DNA of 64,000 nucleotides. It comes from Marsupella aquatica (Eukaryota; Plantae; Marchantiophyta). The stretch is from contig OZ316898.1 of assembly GCA_973895155.1 (NCBI GenBank), positions 21,416,122-21,480,121 of the forward strand, in the 5' to 3' direction. Below the pieces are notes generated by a model. It had not been told where the DNA came from and did not search any database. It saw only the letters and a list, made by a program, of their open reading frames with translations. Made by a program: the position numbers and the translations under genes. The first letter of the stretch is position 1. Every line of letters starts with the position of its first letter. Shown here in pieces: positions 1-10,053 of the stretch.

Positions 1-2
1 GG

Positions 3-1541
3 CTAGTAGCCAAAGGCTACACACAAATCCCGGGCAGGGACTACGATTTAACATACTCACCAGTAATGGACGCTACTACATATCGCTATCTCACAGCACA
101 TTCAGTCCACCATAAACTGGTTAATAACCTTATGGACGTGGTAACCGCGTACCTTTACGGCACACTCGATACTGAGATATACATGACTGCCCCCCCGGAA
201 CTGATAGAGAGGGTCAAGCAGCACATTCAGGGGGAGACGTCCCAGAACCTGAATACAGAGATTAAAAAGGGCATCAGCCAAATAATACCTGATGGGGATA
301 CAAAGGCCCTCTTGATGCAAAGTGGAAATACACAGGCAATGCATACCAGAGGAAAGAAATTAACAACAAAACTTACAGTCCAAGTGTTACGTTCCATCAA
401 CGGACTTAAACAGAGCGGCAGAATCTGGTATCAGAAATTCCAGACAGAGATGCTCGCCCTCGGATTTACAAATAGCGGACTGGCCCCCTGCATCTTCATC
501 AAAAAGCATATGGACGAAGTCCTGATACTAGCACTGTACGTGGACGATGTGAACTTATTCGGGACTAAACAGATGATGAAAGACACAATACATACACTGA
601 AAGGAGTCTTCGAGATGAAGGACCTTGGAAGACCCAACCACTGCCTAGGCCTGCAGATCGAACACTTAGAAACAGGCATATTCCTTTACCAATCGACATA
701 CACGCAGAAGATACTTCATCAATTCAACATGCAGAAATCCTACCCTGTCTCCACCCCGATGGAACTCAGATCTCTAGACCCGATCAAAGATATGTTTCGG
801 AAGCGCCAAGAAGACGAACCCATACTGGGATCAGAAAAACCGTACCTATCAGCGGTGGGCGCCCTTATGTATCTAGCGAACCAGACGAGACCTGACATAT
901 CGTTCGCCGTCAGTCTCTTAGCGAGACACAGCGCACAGCCCACCATCAGGCATTGGAACGGCATCAAGAGGATCATGAGATACCTACAAGGGACGATCGA
1001 CCTTGGACTATTCTTTCCTAAGAATAGCCCCGATACGCTTACCGGTTACACTGATGCCGGCTACCTGTCGGACCCCCAGGACTCCAAATCACAGACTGGG
1101 TACGTGTTCTTACAGGGGACGACAGCAATATCTTGGCGAAGTTCAAAGCAAACGATGACCACAACGTCATCCAACCACTCGGAAATCATAGCGTTATACG
1201 AGGCGTGCAGAGAAGCTGTATGGCTACGAAGCATTATCAATCATATTAGGTCCAGCACCGGTAAACCACAGATAACAGAGCCAACCACAATCTACGAAGA
1301 CAATAAGGCGTGTATCGACCAGATAACCAACGGAATCCTGAAGACCGAGAGGACCAAGCATATTGACCCCAAGTATTTCTTCACGCAAGAACAACAAGGG
1401 AAAAGTATCAATGTTGCATGGATCAAATCTCAGGACAATCGAGCAGACATGTTTACGAAACCACTACCAGCCGGATTGCACAGAGCGCACCTCGAAGGTA
1501 TAGGCATGAGCAGATTGTCCACGATCAAGCCCACCTCATAA
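3..1541 (+). CDS. Copia polyprotein C-terminus (reverse transcriptase + RNase H)
   Basis: The frame is open from position 3 (LVAKGYTQ). Motifs: MDVVTAYLYG, GLKQSG, YVDD, MKDLG, GALMYLANQTRPDI, GYTDA, IYEDN, TKHID, ADMFTKPL. Confidence 0.95.
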   Translation, partial: LVAKGYTQIPGRDYDLTYSPVMDATTYRYLTAHSVHHKLVNNLMDVVTAYLYGTLDTEIYMTAPPELIERVKQHIQGETSQNLNTEIKKGISQIIPDGDTKALLMQSGNTQAMHTRGKKLTTKLTVQVLRSINGLKQSGRIWYQKFQTEMLALGFTNSGLAPCIFIKKHMDEVLILALYVDDVNLFGTKQMMKDTIHTLKGVFEMKDLGRPNHCLGLQIEHLETGIFLYQSTYTQKILHQFNMQKSYPVSTPMELRSLDPIKDMFRKRQEDEPILGSEKPYLSAVGALMYLANQTRPDISFAVSLLARHSAQPTIRHWNGIKRIMRYLQGTIDLGLFFPKNSPDTLTGYTDAGYLSDPQDSKSQTGYVFLQGTTAISWRSSKQTMTTTSSNHSEIIALYEACREAVWLRSIINHIRSSTGKPQITEPTTIYEDNKACIDQITNGILKTERTKHIDPKYFFTQEQQGKSINVAWIKSQDNRADMFTKPLPAGLHRAHLEGIGMSRLSTIKPTS

Positions 1542-2045
1542 CACTGAAGCTCGAAAGGATTACCCAACAACGAAGCTGTCGCCCGATGAAGCCGCCTCCA
1601 GATGCCCGACCACCACACTCGGCGAGCGCCACACCACATCCCCGACGTGAAACAACGCAAACCAACGCAAAAACGCCCGACTTGGCCTCACTAACCCAAA
1701 GCACAACACGAAGCGAAGCGCAATACGCAAAACGACATGAAGAACAACACGAGGCGCACACCAGGCAACGAGCTGAGGGGGAGACTAGACACCCATTAGG
1801 AACATTCACATAACCCCACTTAGCACATACGATCAACACTAACTAAGACATGGCAAAAAGGCTTAACCAGGACATTAGATATGGGAAACCACCTATATAA
1901 GTGATGGTAGCACTCTTTCCTCGAGAAGAAAGCGGCGAGGTTTTAATGAGGCTACATCACACAGGTGGACCCCTAAACCGGATTATACCCTAGGTTCAAG
2001 AGATGTGGTTACTTTATGCTCCTCCATAAACTAACCAAGGGGGAG

Positions 2046-2242
2046 TGTTGTAAACCCTAGTTTACCCCTTAACCATAGGGCGAGAACCCTTAACCATAGT
2101 ATGAGAACTCCTAACCATAGGACCAGTATAAGGGCATTTGCCTACCATGTAACCAAGGGGATATATATATCCCCTCATCAATAGTAATGGATCTATCTTG
2201 TTGGAGTATCTTTGAGTGTTCCTTTAGTTGTCTATTACAACA
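2046..2242 (+). repeat. 3' LTR (197 bp) of copia element 1
   Basis: Starts TGTTGTAA directly after the PPT and ends TTACAACA (8-bp terminal inverted repeat). Contains three ~21-bp CCTTAACCATAG repeats at ~2066-2123. Confidence 0.9.
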
Positions 2243-3941
2243 TTGACAAGCAATTTATTGAGTGGGAGACATTTCAGTATTTGGAGTTAGACGAGAAAGC
2301 CCAGCAAAAGAGAGAGAAGAGAAAAGGAATAGACGAGAGTGCTACAAAAAAGTCAAAACGGTTGAGAATGGTGTTTAAGAGAACTTCAATGGGTGAATTC
2401 AAGAGTCAGGTTTTGAATACAATGAAGACATTCATTGTGCATAATTTCAGAGCACGTTGGCAATCAGAACAATTCAAACTTTGTTTGAAAACTTTCCCTA
2501 GAGGAACTATAGTGTCATCTATTGATTTCTCTGAAAATTACACGTTCAAAATCCAAAATGAGATACAGAGTCAATGTACATTGGGATAATAGACAGGTCA
2601 CTTTGTTGATTCATGTCACTTATAGGCATAGAGAAGATTGTGTTGAATCTCTGGAGGCTGCTGTTGGAAGTACGGTTCGGATGGCATTGGATGAGGAGGG
2701 TGGTCGAGACATTATTGCAGATTATCATTTTTATATCAGTGATGACAATTGTCACGACACTCTCTTCGTCCAACATTGCATGGATGCTCATTACCAGTGG
2801 ATGAGGGAGGAAGGAATTCAGTTTGAGCAGCATTGGGTCTGGTCAGATGGGGCTGCTTCACAGTTCAAGGCTTGTAGACCTTTTTATTATGTATCCAGAT
2901 ACTACAAAAGATTTGGTGCACGAATGAAGTGGTTTTTCCACGCTTCAGGGCACGGAAAAGGTGTCGCTGTAAGTTGCAATTTATTACTTTACATGTACAT
3001 TCGCTCATTCTAGATTGTGTTTTAAGCTGAAGTTCCGTGTAGTAAATTTGTTGTTTATTGATTCATCCAATTTTCATTTCCTGAGATGAGTACTATGGTG
3101 TGTGCTTTTAGGATGCCCTTGGAGGCCACATAAAGCAAGGGATTGAGAGAGAACAGCTGAAGGGAATCCATGGACATTGATTGGAGAATGCCCATGATGT
3201 GGTTTTGTTCTGCAAGGACAAATTTGCTATGGGCCAAGAAAAGGAGTATGGAGACGTCCAACTTGTTCGACGCCTGTTTTGGGAGATTCCAATCGCAAGA
3301 AGAAGTGGGACTGTGATCCTATCCCAGGTTCCCGATCCTTACACTGCTTTGATGGATTTAGTAACCGCCTATCAACTCTCCTTCAAGTCAGAGAACTTTG
3401 TTGTTTTTGTCCTCATTGCTTAGATGATGAACCTTTGCAATGTGAGAATATAAGTTGGACTGGACAGTTTAAGCTTGTCATGGTGAAAGGAGTCCTACCA
3501 AGTGATGTGAGAACTGATGTGGAAGAAATGGGAGTGGGGGAAGGACTATACCAATGGGAGGATGGGCTGCTGGCCGAATTGGTTCAACAGGGTGACTTCT
3601 TTGCAGTGAAGGCTGAGATAGGTAACAAGTGGAATGTTGACTTCTACATTCTTCAATGTGAGCAGACTTTGCACACCGTGAAGAAGAGTTTCAAGGACTC
3701 GTACGGAGAGGAATTTAACGAGGGTGATTTAGCTTTGAGGGCAGTGTGGTTTCAACAGGTCCCAGGGCGAGATAACAAATTTGTGGTGAACGATCTAGCT
3801 GGCGTGAGCTACGCCCATGCTGAGACAGTAGTTCACCTTAGATTTGGTCTCACTCCATGTGAGGCAGGAAAGGGACGATACAGAATGTACACCCTTGAGC
3901 CCGAGACTCTGACAGCAATACATGCATCCTTGGGTTCCTAG
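2243..3941 (+). pseudogene. Sola2-like DDD transposase, spliced, disrupted
   Basis: Motifs DFSENY..EIQS.HW, ISDD..HD, WSDGAASQFK and HGKGVA|DALGGHIK across a GTAAGT..TTTTAG intron (2969-3111). Lesions: frameshift near 2575, TGA at 3178-3180, 13-bp deletion near 3290. Confidence 0.8.
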
Positions 3942-3989
3942 CAAATGGAGGAGGATAATGAGGTGTGTTACTCACCAATTTTTCTCCAT

Positions 3990-4560
3990 CACCAGTCCTC
4001 TGTCCTCCGTTCAAAGTCCATTGTCTTTTGTCTTTAGTCCTCAGTTATCCGTTGTTGGTCCTCAGTCCTCAGTCACTAGTCCTCAGTTCCTCCGTCCGGA
4101 GTCCTCAGTCCGAACGTCTAGAGTCCTCAGTCCTTTGGCTTCAGTCCTTAGTCTTTGCCATGAGTCCTTGTTTTTCCTAAGTCCTCAGTCCTTTTCCATA
4201 AGTCCTTGTCCTTTTCCCTGAGTCCTCCGTCCTTTTCCCTGAGTCCTCAGTCCGCAGGCCTCAGTCCTCAGTCCTTCGCCCTCAGTCCTCAGCCCTCAGT
4301 CCTCTGCCCCAAATCCTCAGTCCTTCATTCTGAGTCCGTAGTCCTTCTCCCCGAGCCTTCAGTCCTCCATCCACACTCCTCAGTCCTCTGCCCTGAGTCA
4401 TCAGTCCTCCACCCTAATAGAGTCCTCAATCTGCCATCCCTACTCAATGAGTCCTCTGGCCCAAGTCCTCAATTGGCAACCTTTTGTCAATCCTTAGTAC
4501 TAAATTCCCAGTACCCAGTCTGGTCAGTTGTCCTAAACAATTGTCCTCAGGTTTTCTTGA
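3990..4560 (+). repeat. Degenerate AGTCCTC (7/21-bp period) subterminal array of the Sola2-like element
   Basis: Dozens of (C/G)AGTCCT(C/T) units. Mirrored at ~26940-27470 in copy 2. Confidence 0.85.
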
Positions 4561-5841
4561 GTCTAGAGTTAGAGCCCTGGGAGATATTATAGCCACGAAC
4601 TGCTTGCTAAAAAGACCAAATTATCCGTCTTACTTATTATATGTACATTACAGTTGCTACAGTAGGTTGGCTGAAGTCTATCTGCTGAACTGTTCTTCCC
4701 TGCGTGAGCTTGACTATTTCTGTCACTAATATTTATGTGGATTGTTGTTCCATAGGACTTTGAGCTCCCTGAAGGTTAACTACTTTCACCATATCAATGG
4801 ATAGTCCTCAAATAATTAGGATACAATAAAGGCTAAGCAGGCATTGGATATCACTAGTGAAGGGTAGCATTGAATATTACTTAGTAAAGGTCTCATGTTA
4901 GTAATCGCTATATATGTGCAGTAAAACGCACCTGTTTTGTAAGAATCCCCTTGTGCACAATAAAGTTCATTTTAATTGGCCCATCTCTTGTGAAGCTTGG
5001 TTTTCAACCGAGACATCTCCAGTATCTATTTGGCTATATCACTTGAATGTATTAATTTCGATCATCTGGACTTCTTTGAGTTTATGTATTTACTGTCTAC
5101 AACACAGCTACAGTCCTTCCCATTCAAGACTCCCAATTTTCCAAAACGTTTAAGGATCAACTCGGGGATCAACTATCCCTGACTAGTTCATTGGGATAAA
5201 GGAAGAGTTTGATGCGCTTCCAAATCGGACCACTTCCCAGCTCTAAGAATGGTTAGTATTCTCATTGTCTACCTGTTCCAGATCCAGAAAGAGCAGGACA
5301 ATGTCCAGTAGAGATTTCATATTGGAAAAGTCCAACCTAAGAGAACTCAAAACCTACAACCCTGAGAAAGGAGGCTGGAGTTCTCATCCATTATATGTGC
5401 CCTGCGGGGATGGGATGGAGTTGAATATTTACTACCACTGCAAGAGTAAAAATGCAACCTATGTCCCACAGTATACTAGAAGGTGGAGGTTTTGAAGTCA
5501 AGCCAATCCCAGTGTGGAGTTAAACTGTCTAACTTACTTCAAGAGCTGCTACTAAAAGGTAGTCCTTATGTCCCACAGGAAAGTCATTCGAGTGGGGAAA
5601 AATATACACGCTTCAAAATATATTCATGATTGCACTTGGGTCTTTACAAAGATTGGAGATTACAGCCAAGTGTGATTGGTTCAGGTTTGTCGAACTACTT
5701 CACTGTACTACTCCTGGGTGATCTTCATAGATTTCAAGGACTCAAATAGCTCCCCTCCAAAATTCACACAGGCATCCTTAAGTCTACTGAGCGGCCCCAA
5801 GTGGGCTTTCACCGGAGCAGTGTCACTACGGCCGAGCGAGT

Positions 5842-6408
5842 TCAAAACTTAGGATTGTTGTTTTCCTTTGGTATGATCGCATGTAAAGTATGTGCCTTAG
5901 GGAGGCTAGGTCCTACTTCAGGCTCACATTTAATAACACTACTTGACTGTAAAGACCTAGCCACAGCAAGTGCTCGACAGGCATCTTTGTCTTTCACATA
6001 AGTAATAGTCCACAATGTACTCATTACTTGAGTACACGCACTCCTGATCTTGTCAGGGTAACCATCAAGCTCGTCCTTGAAAACTTTACCAGGCACACCC
6101 ATTAGCTTCTCCCCATTCTCTTCATTGAACTGAATCACTTCATCGCCAATCTGCACAGCAAAGCAGTACATCTGTGTACCAGCCCCATCAATACAACACT
6201 CGTGTGTGGTTCTGCCTCGCGAATGGGGTCCCATTGGAGAGTTTGCATCTTGCCTTCTCAATTTTCGCTTGTGCTTGCCCAAAGCACAGGGTCTACCATC
6301 ACTCAACAGGTTTGAACAACCTTCATAAACATAAGAGCCAGCACAAAGTCCCCACATGGATTCAATCTTGGCCAGATGGAGGGTGACAAACTTCTCATTC
6401 TTGGCCAT
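5842..6408 (-). CDS. Putative RPA1 C-terminal (OB-fold/zinc-ribbon)-like protein or exon
   Basis: YVYEGC..DGRPC...ECC...MYCFAVQIGD...FNEENGEKLMGVPG resembles the Rep_fac-A_C pattern. The ATG at 6408 follows a TGCAG acceptor-like site. Confidence 0.45.
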   Translation of the reverse strand: MAKNEKFVTLHLAKIESMWGLCAGSYVYEGCSNLLSDGRPCALGKHKRKLRRQDANSPMGPHSRGRTTHECCIDGAGTQMYCFAVQIGDEVIQFNEENGEKLMGVPGKVFKDELDGYPDKIRSACTQVMSTLWTITYVKDKDACRALAVARSLQSSSVIKCEPEVGPSLPKAHTLHAIIPKENNNPKF

Positions 6409-6593
6409 CTGCAGCAAATCAAACAGAGAGGCTAAGTATTTAGAAACTGCTAATAAAAATCTTATATATGCTGCACTAATGCTATTATTGAAGTACTGAA
6501 TGCCACATTCACAGTTCACTCCTTAAGGACATAGTCAAGATCCACTCAAAGCACATACTCGATCAACTTCATACAAATTACTTGAATCACACC

Positions 6594-6980
6594 CACTCCT
6601 CAAAAAGGAGAATCACTCAGGACTAAACGAACACTCCTTTTACAAGGAGTGAACGGACTATTGCTCCTTTGTCAAGACGTTGTAGTCCTTTCAAAAGGAC
6701 TAATACTCCTTTGTCAAGGACCGAGAGTCCTTACAAAAGGAAGAGTGCTCCTTTGTCAAGGACCAAATGTCCTTGGTAAAGGAGTGTCACTCCTTTACAA
6801 AGGACGATCAGTCCTTTAAAAAGGACATACACTCCTTAACAAAGGAGTGACACTCCTTGACAAAGGACATGTACTTCCTTCATAAGGACTTAGAGTCCTT
6901 AACAAAGGAGTCATGCTCCTTTCACAATGGAGATGGACTCCTTGAAAACTGCCACCCAGTCCTTAACAAAGAAGGACTAA
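6594..6980. repeat. 21-bp-phased array of TCCTT-N4-AAGGA mini-palindromes
   Basis: TCCTT starts at 6665, 6686, 6707, 6728, 6749, 6770, 6791, 6812, 6833 and 6854 (exact 21-bp period). About 17 units in all. Confidence 0.9.
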
Positions 6981-7443
6981 GAGGTTAAAAAATGGTTGAC
7001 AGGGGCTCAATCCTTGACAGAGAAGATTGAACTCGTTTAAAATTGACACAAGTCATGAACTAAGTGAAGGACTCTACAAGACTCGCTCCTGCGTACACTC
7101 CTTTCAAAAAGGACCAGACCCTCATCTAAGATTACTCGGATTAGAGAGTGAGCATGCTATTACCAAGTAGAGATTGCAAAAGGCAGGACTGATCATTTGC
7201 AGATGACATTTGCCAAAAGAGGGTTTAGTGAAGACTTACCAGTGAGAAACTGAGAATTGCTCAAAAATATGATTTGCGGCTGGTCTTTCGAAGCTGCACA
7301 AAGAGCATGGAGGAAGTTTTAACCACAAAAGGCATTAAAATCACGGTATGCAGATTGCAAAATGCAGACCAGATCTTCAACATCCACAGAAGCTACCACT
7401 TAAAACGTTATCTGAGGCATACGCATATTGTTTAGGGCGCCAT

Positions 7444-9972
7444 AATGAACCCTTGGTCGATCAACTCTTCCAAGGTGTTCTTCAACATCATTCGTTCGTT
7501 CAGGTTCAGATGGTAAGGAGCTTTAGCCTGAGGAGCCGATCCCGGCTCCAACTCAACCTGGTGATCCACTTCTCTCCTTGGGCGTAAACCTTTAGGTAGC
7601 TTTTGCGAGAGCACGTCGTTGAATTCCTCTAAAATTTCAGGGATTCTACCGCAGTCGGGCCCGACCTTAGCTGACTTAGCCTTGGGCTGCGAAGCAGCCC
7701 CCTTGACTGGGTGGAGATGAAAGAAGAAACATTCATGCCCACCCTTAAAGTCTTTCCACCATTGCTTCGCCGATACACACGGAGACAACCACGACACTTT
7801 ACTTACTTTAAGAAATCTTTATTTATTTTTGGTAATTTCGTGTACAACGATGGGCTCACCGCCCTTATTGGGAAAATGAAGCACTTCATCCCCCGGTTTC
7901 AAGGTAACATTGTGCTTTCTGAGATAGCCTACCGACAAAATGAAGTCTACGGCTAGACCGTCTAGAACGTAGAACATCTCCTGACTACCAAAATTTTGCT
8001 GTTCGCCTATGACCTCTACTCGAAGTCTATGTACCACTCTAGACACTATGCCTTTTGTGTCGTTGGCAAACTTGCACACTAACGGTTGAAGCAACTCTTG
8101 CACGTCCACTCCAAGACGTGCCGCCGCCTGCCCACTTATGAAGCAGGCGGTCGCGCCTGTATCAACCAATGCAACACCCAGATTACCGTTAGAAGTGACA
8201 TTCACAAAAATCAGCTTTTCAGGACCCTTTGTCTTAACTTTAGGTACTATCTCTGGCAACAACCCTTTCACACCGGCAGGAACATCCTCTATAGGGACCT
8301 CGTCAGTTACTAAGGGTTCGGTTAGAGCGATACTTACCTTGATGCTCTTCTGCCCCCCATCTCCGTTCGGCTTGCCACCTTTCGTGGTGCCATCCTTACT
8401 TTGATGGCCCATGGCGCCACACGTGAAGCACGACCCTTCGGCCCGCCTCTGCTCCGTGAGCGCCTGCTTCTTTTCTCTCTGTGCCGATGAGGATCCCTTC
8501 TTGAAGTTGCTGGCTTTCCGGTTGCGTTTTGCATTTCCATTCTGGGGTTGGGGATCCAAACCACCGGCCCCCGCCCCCTCTGGTTGCTTGCGCTTATTCC
8601 CGGGACCTTTTGCTTTCCCAGCTTCCCCCTCGGATCCCTTGCCACCCACCTTCGCCAAGTCCGGCCGGTTATTAACCAACGTAGTGGCCTTGTCAAAGGC
8701 GTCAGAAAGCGTTTTAAAGTCATGACGCTTTTCCTGACGCTTTTCCTGCAACTTTTCCCTGAGCAACGGCGGGAGCTTCACTATAAAGTTGTGAAGCTGC
8801 GTATGTAGGGTCTCTTGCCCCGCCGGGATACACGCCAACTGATTCTGGTAATAGGTGATGAACTTTTGGATATCACCCCTGAAGCTCATCTCCGTTACAC
8901 ATTTCTGAGCGTGCTGCTCTGGGTACTTAGTGGTGACGTGAGCACGGAGACCCTCAACCAGGTTTTCCCAAGATAAAGGCAAGGAGGAGTCTTCCCTCGA
9001 CTTCTTCCATGACTTATACCAAGTCAAGGCATAATCGATCCTTCAGGTAAGGAGCAGCTGCGGTAGCCCAAGTGGATCGCTCAACGCACACTTGGAGATG
9101 AATCTCCATCGTGAGAGCCAACTCAGGAAATTTTGTCCACTTTGCTCGTAGGCCCCGTCATAAGTTGGAGGAGTCGGTAACTGGTTCACTTGGAACATAC
9201 TCCGTCCAACTACCATTCCCCCTTTGGGACGTGTTGCACTCTGACTACCCAGACTAAGTAAATACTTAATCTGGGCCCCCTTGTTGTGTTCCAGCTGCTC
9301 ATAAATGAGTCGCTAGTCTTGGGTCAACGGACCCAATCCTTCATCAGCGGCTGGGCCCTTGCGGGTTGTGTGAGGACGGTCCTCCCACCGTCTTTCCTTT
9401 GCGGGTCGCCTATCCTTAGGTTCCTTTGTGGATTTTGGTGATACTCCCCGTGCTTTGTGAGCACCATGACCTCCCGGGGCTGAGGCATCACCCTTACCAC
9501 CCTGGTTCTGCTTAGTCAAATTATCCACGATGACGTCCGACTCAACATCATCTTCTGGTTCCGCGTTCAACCCTCTCAAGGCTGGGACCAGTTCCTCTTC
9601 CGGGTCCTGACCCTCTTCCTTCGAGTTTGCATCCGCATCGTCGTCACTTGCACTTGAGTCGGTGTCGTCATCGCTCGACCTGTCCTCTGAAGGCTCGGCC
9701 ACCTCCTTCCCTTTAAGTCGATGGCGCTCCTCGCTTGATGTGTTTGCCGCGGTAGCCGACGGTTCGGCCGCCACGTCCTCGTCATCCTGCTTATAACGCT
9801 CATCTAGGGAAGTTGACCCGTCCTCCTTTGTTTCCTCTGGAACTTGGGTTCTCCCCTTGGTGGGGGGAGCCTGTTTGCCACTCTTTGAACGAGTGTTTTT
9901 TGCCATGTCCACAGTGACCAAATCTGCCCGCAATTGACCCACCGGGCACATTGAAGCACTAAGTCCCCGCAA
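7444..9972 (-). pseudogene. Gypsy gag-protease, interrupted by stops and frameshifts
   Basis: ORF pieces 9972-9313, 9027-7819 and 7797-7444 carry gag, zinc-knuckle, aspartic-protease and pre-RT motifs. Confidence 0.85.
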
Positions 9973-10037
9973 AAATCAGTTAAGATTTTTGGATTCTGAC
10001 TTAACACAACCCCGGCCCGGTGTCTATGCCAGCAATC

Positions 10038-10049
10038 GCTCTGATACCA
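10038..10049 (-). promoter_or_regulatory. Primer-binding site (tRNA-iMet)
   Basis: TGGTATCAGAGC on the minus strand, 4 nt inside the LTR end ...GGTCCACCA. Confidence 0.9.
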
Positions 10050-10053
10050 CAAG

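Larger units (their letters stand above)
1..2242 (+). mobile_element. Ty1/copia LTR retrotransposon, 3' part (Bianca-like), cut by the window edge
   Basis: RT-RNase H ORF, PPT AAGGGGGAG at 2037-2045, then a TGTTGTAA...TTACAACA LTR. The following TTGAC is the expected TSD: the uninterrupted site is seen in the paralogous host element near 29231. Confidence 0.95.
2243..4705 (+). mobile_element. Sola2-like DNA transposon, copy 1 (3' portion, decayed)
   Basis: Transposase fragments plus an AGTCCTC-rich 3' array. Colinear, in inverted orientation, with 26789-29230. Homology stops at 4705. Confidence 0.8.

Noticed and set aside
3922-4592. Ser/Pro/Leu/Val-rich ORFs
   Set aside because: Translations of the AGTCCTC array, with no coding signature.
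4706-6542. TIR pair GAGCTTGACTAT / ATAGTCAAGATC
   Set aside because: Only 11/12 identity, no TSD, and the repeat array continues beyond the supposed end.
6594-6980. CRISPR-like array (palindromic repeats with variable spacers)
   Set aside because: Repeats are 14 bp and spacers 7 bp, far too short; there are no cas genes and the context is eukaryotic.
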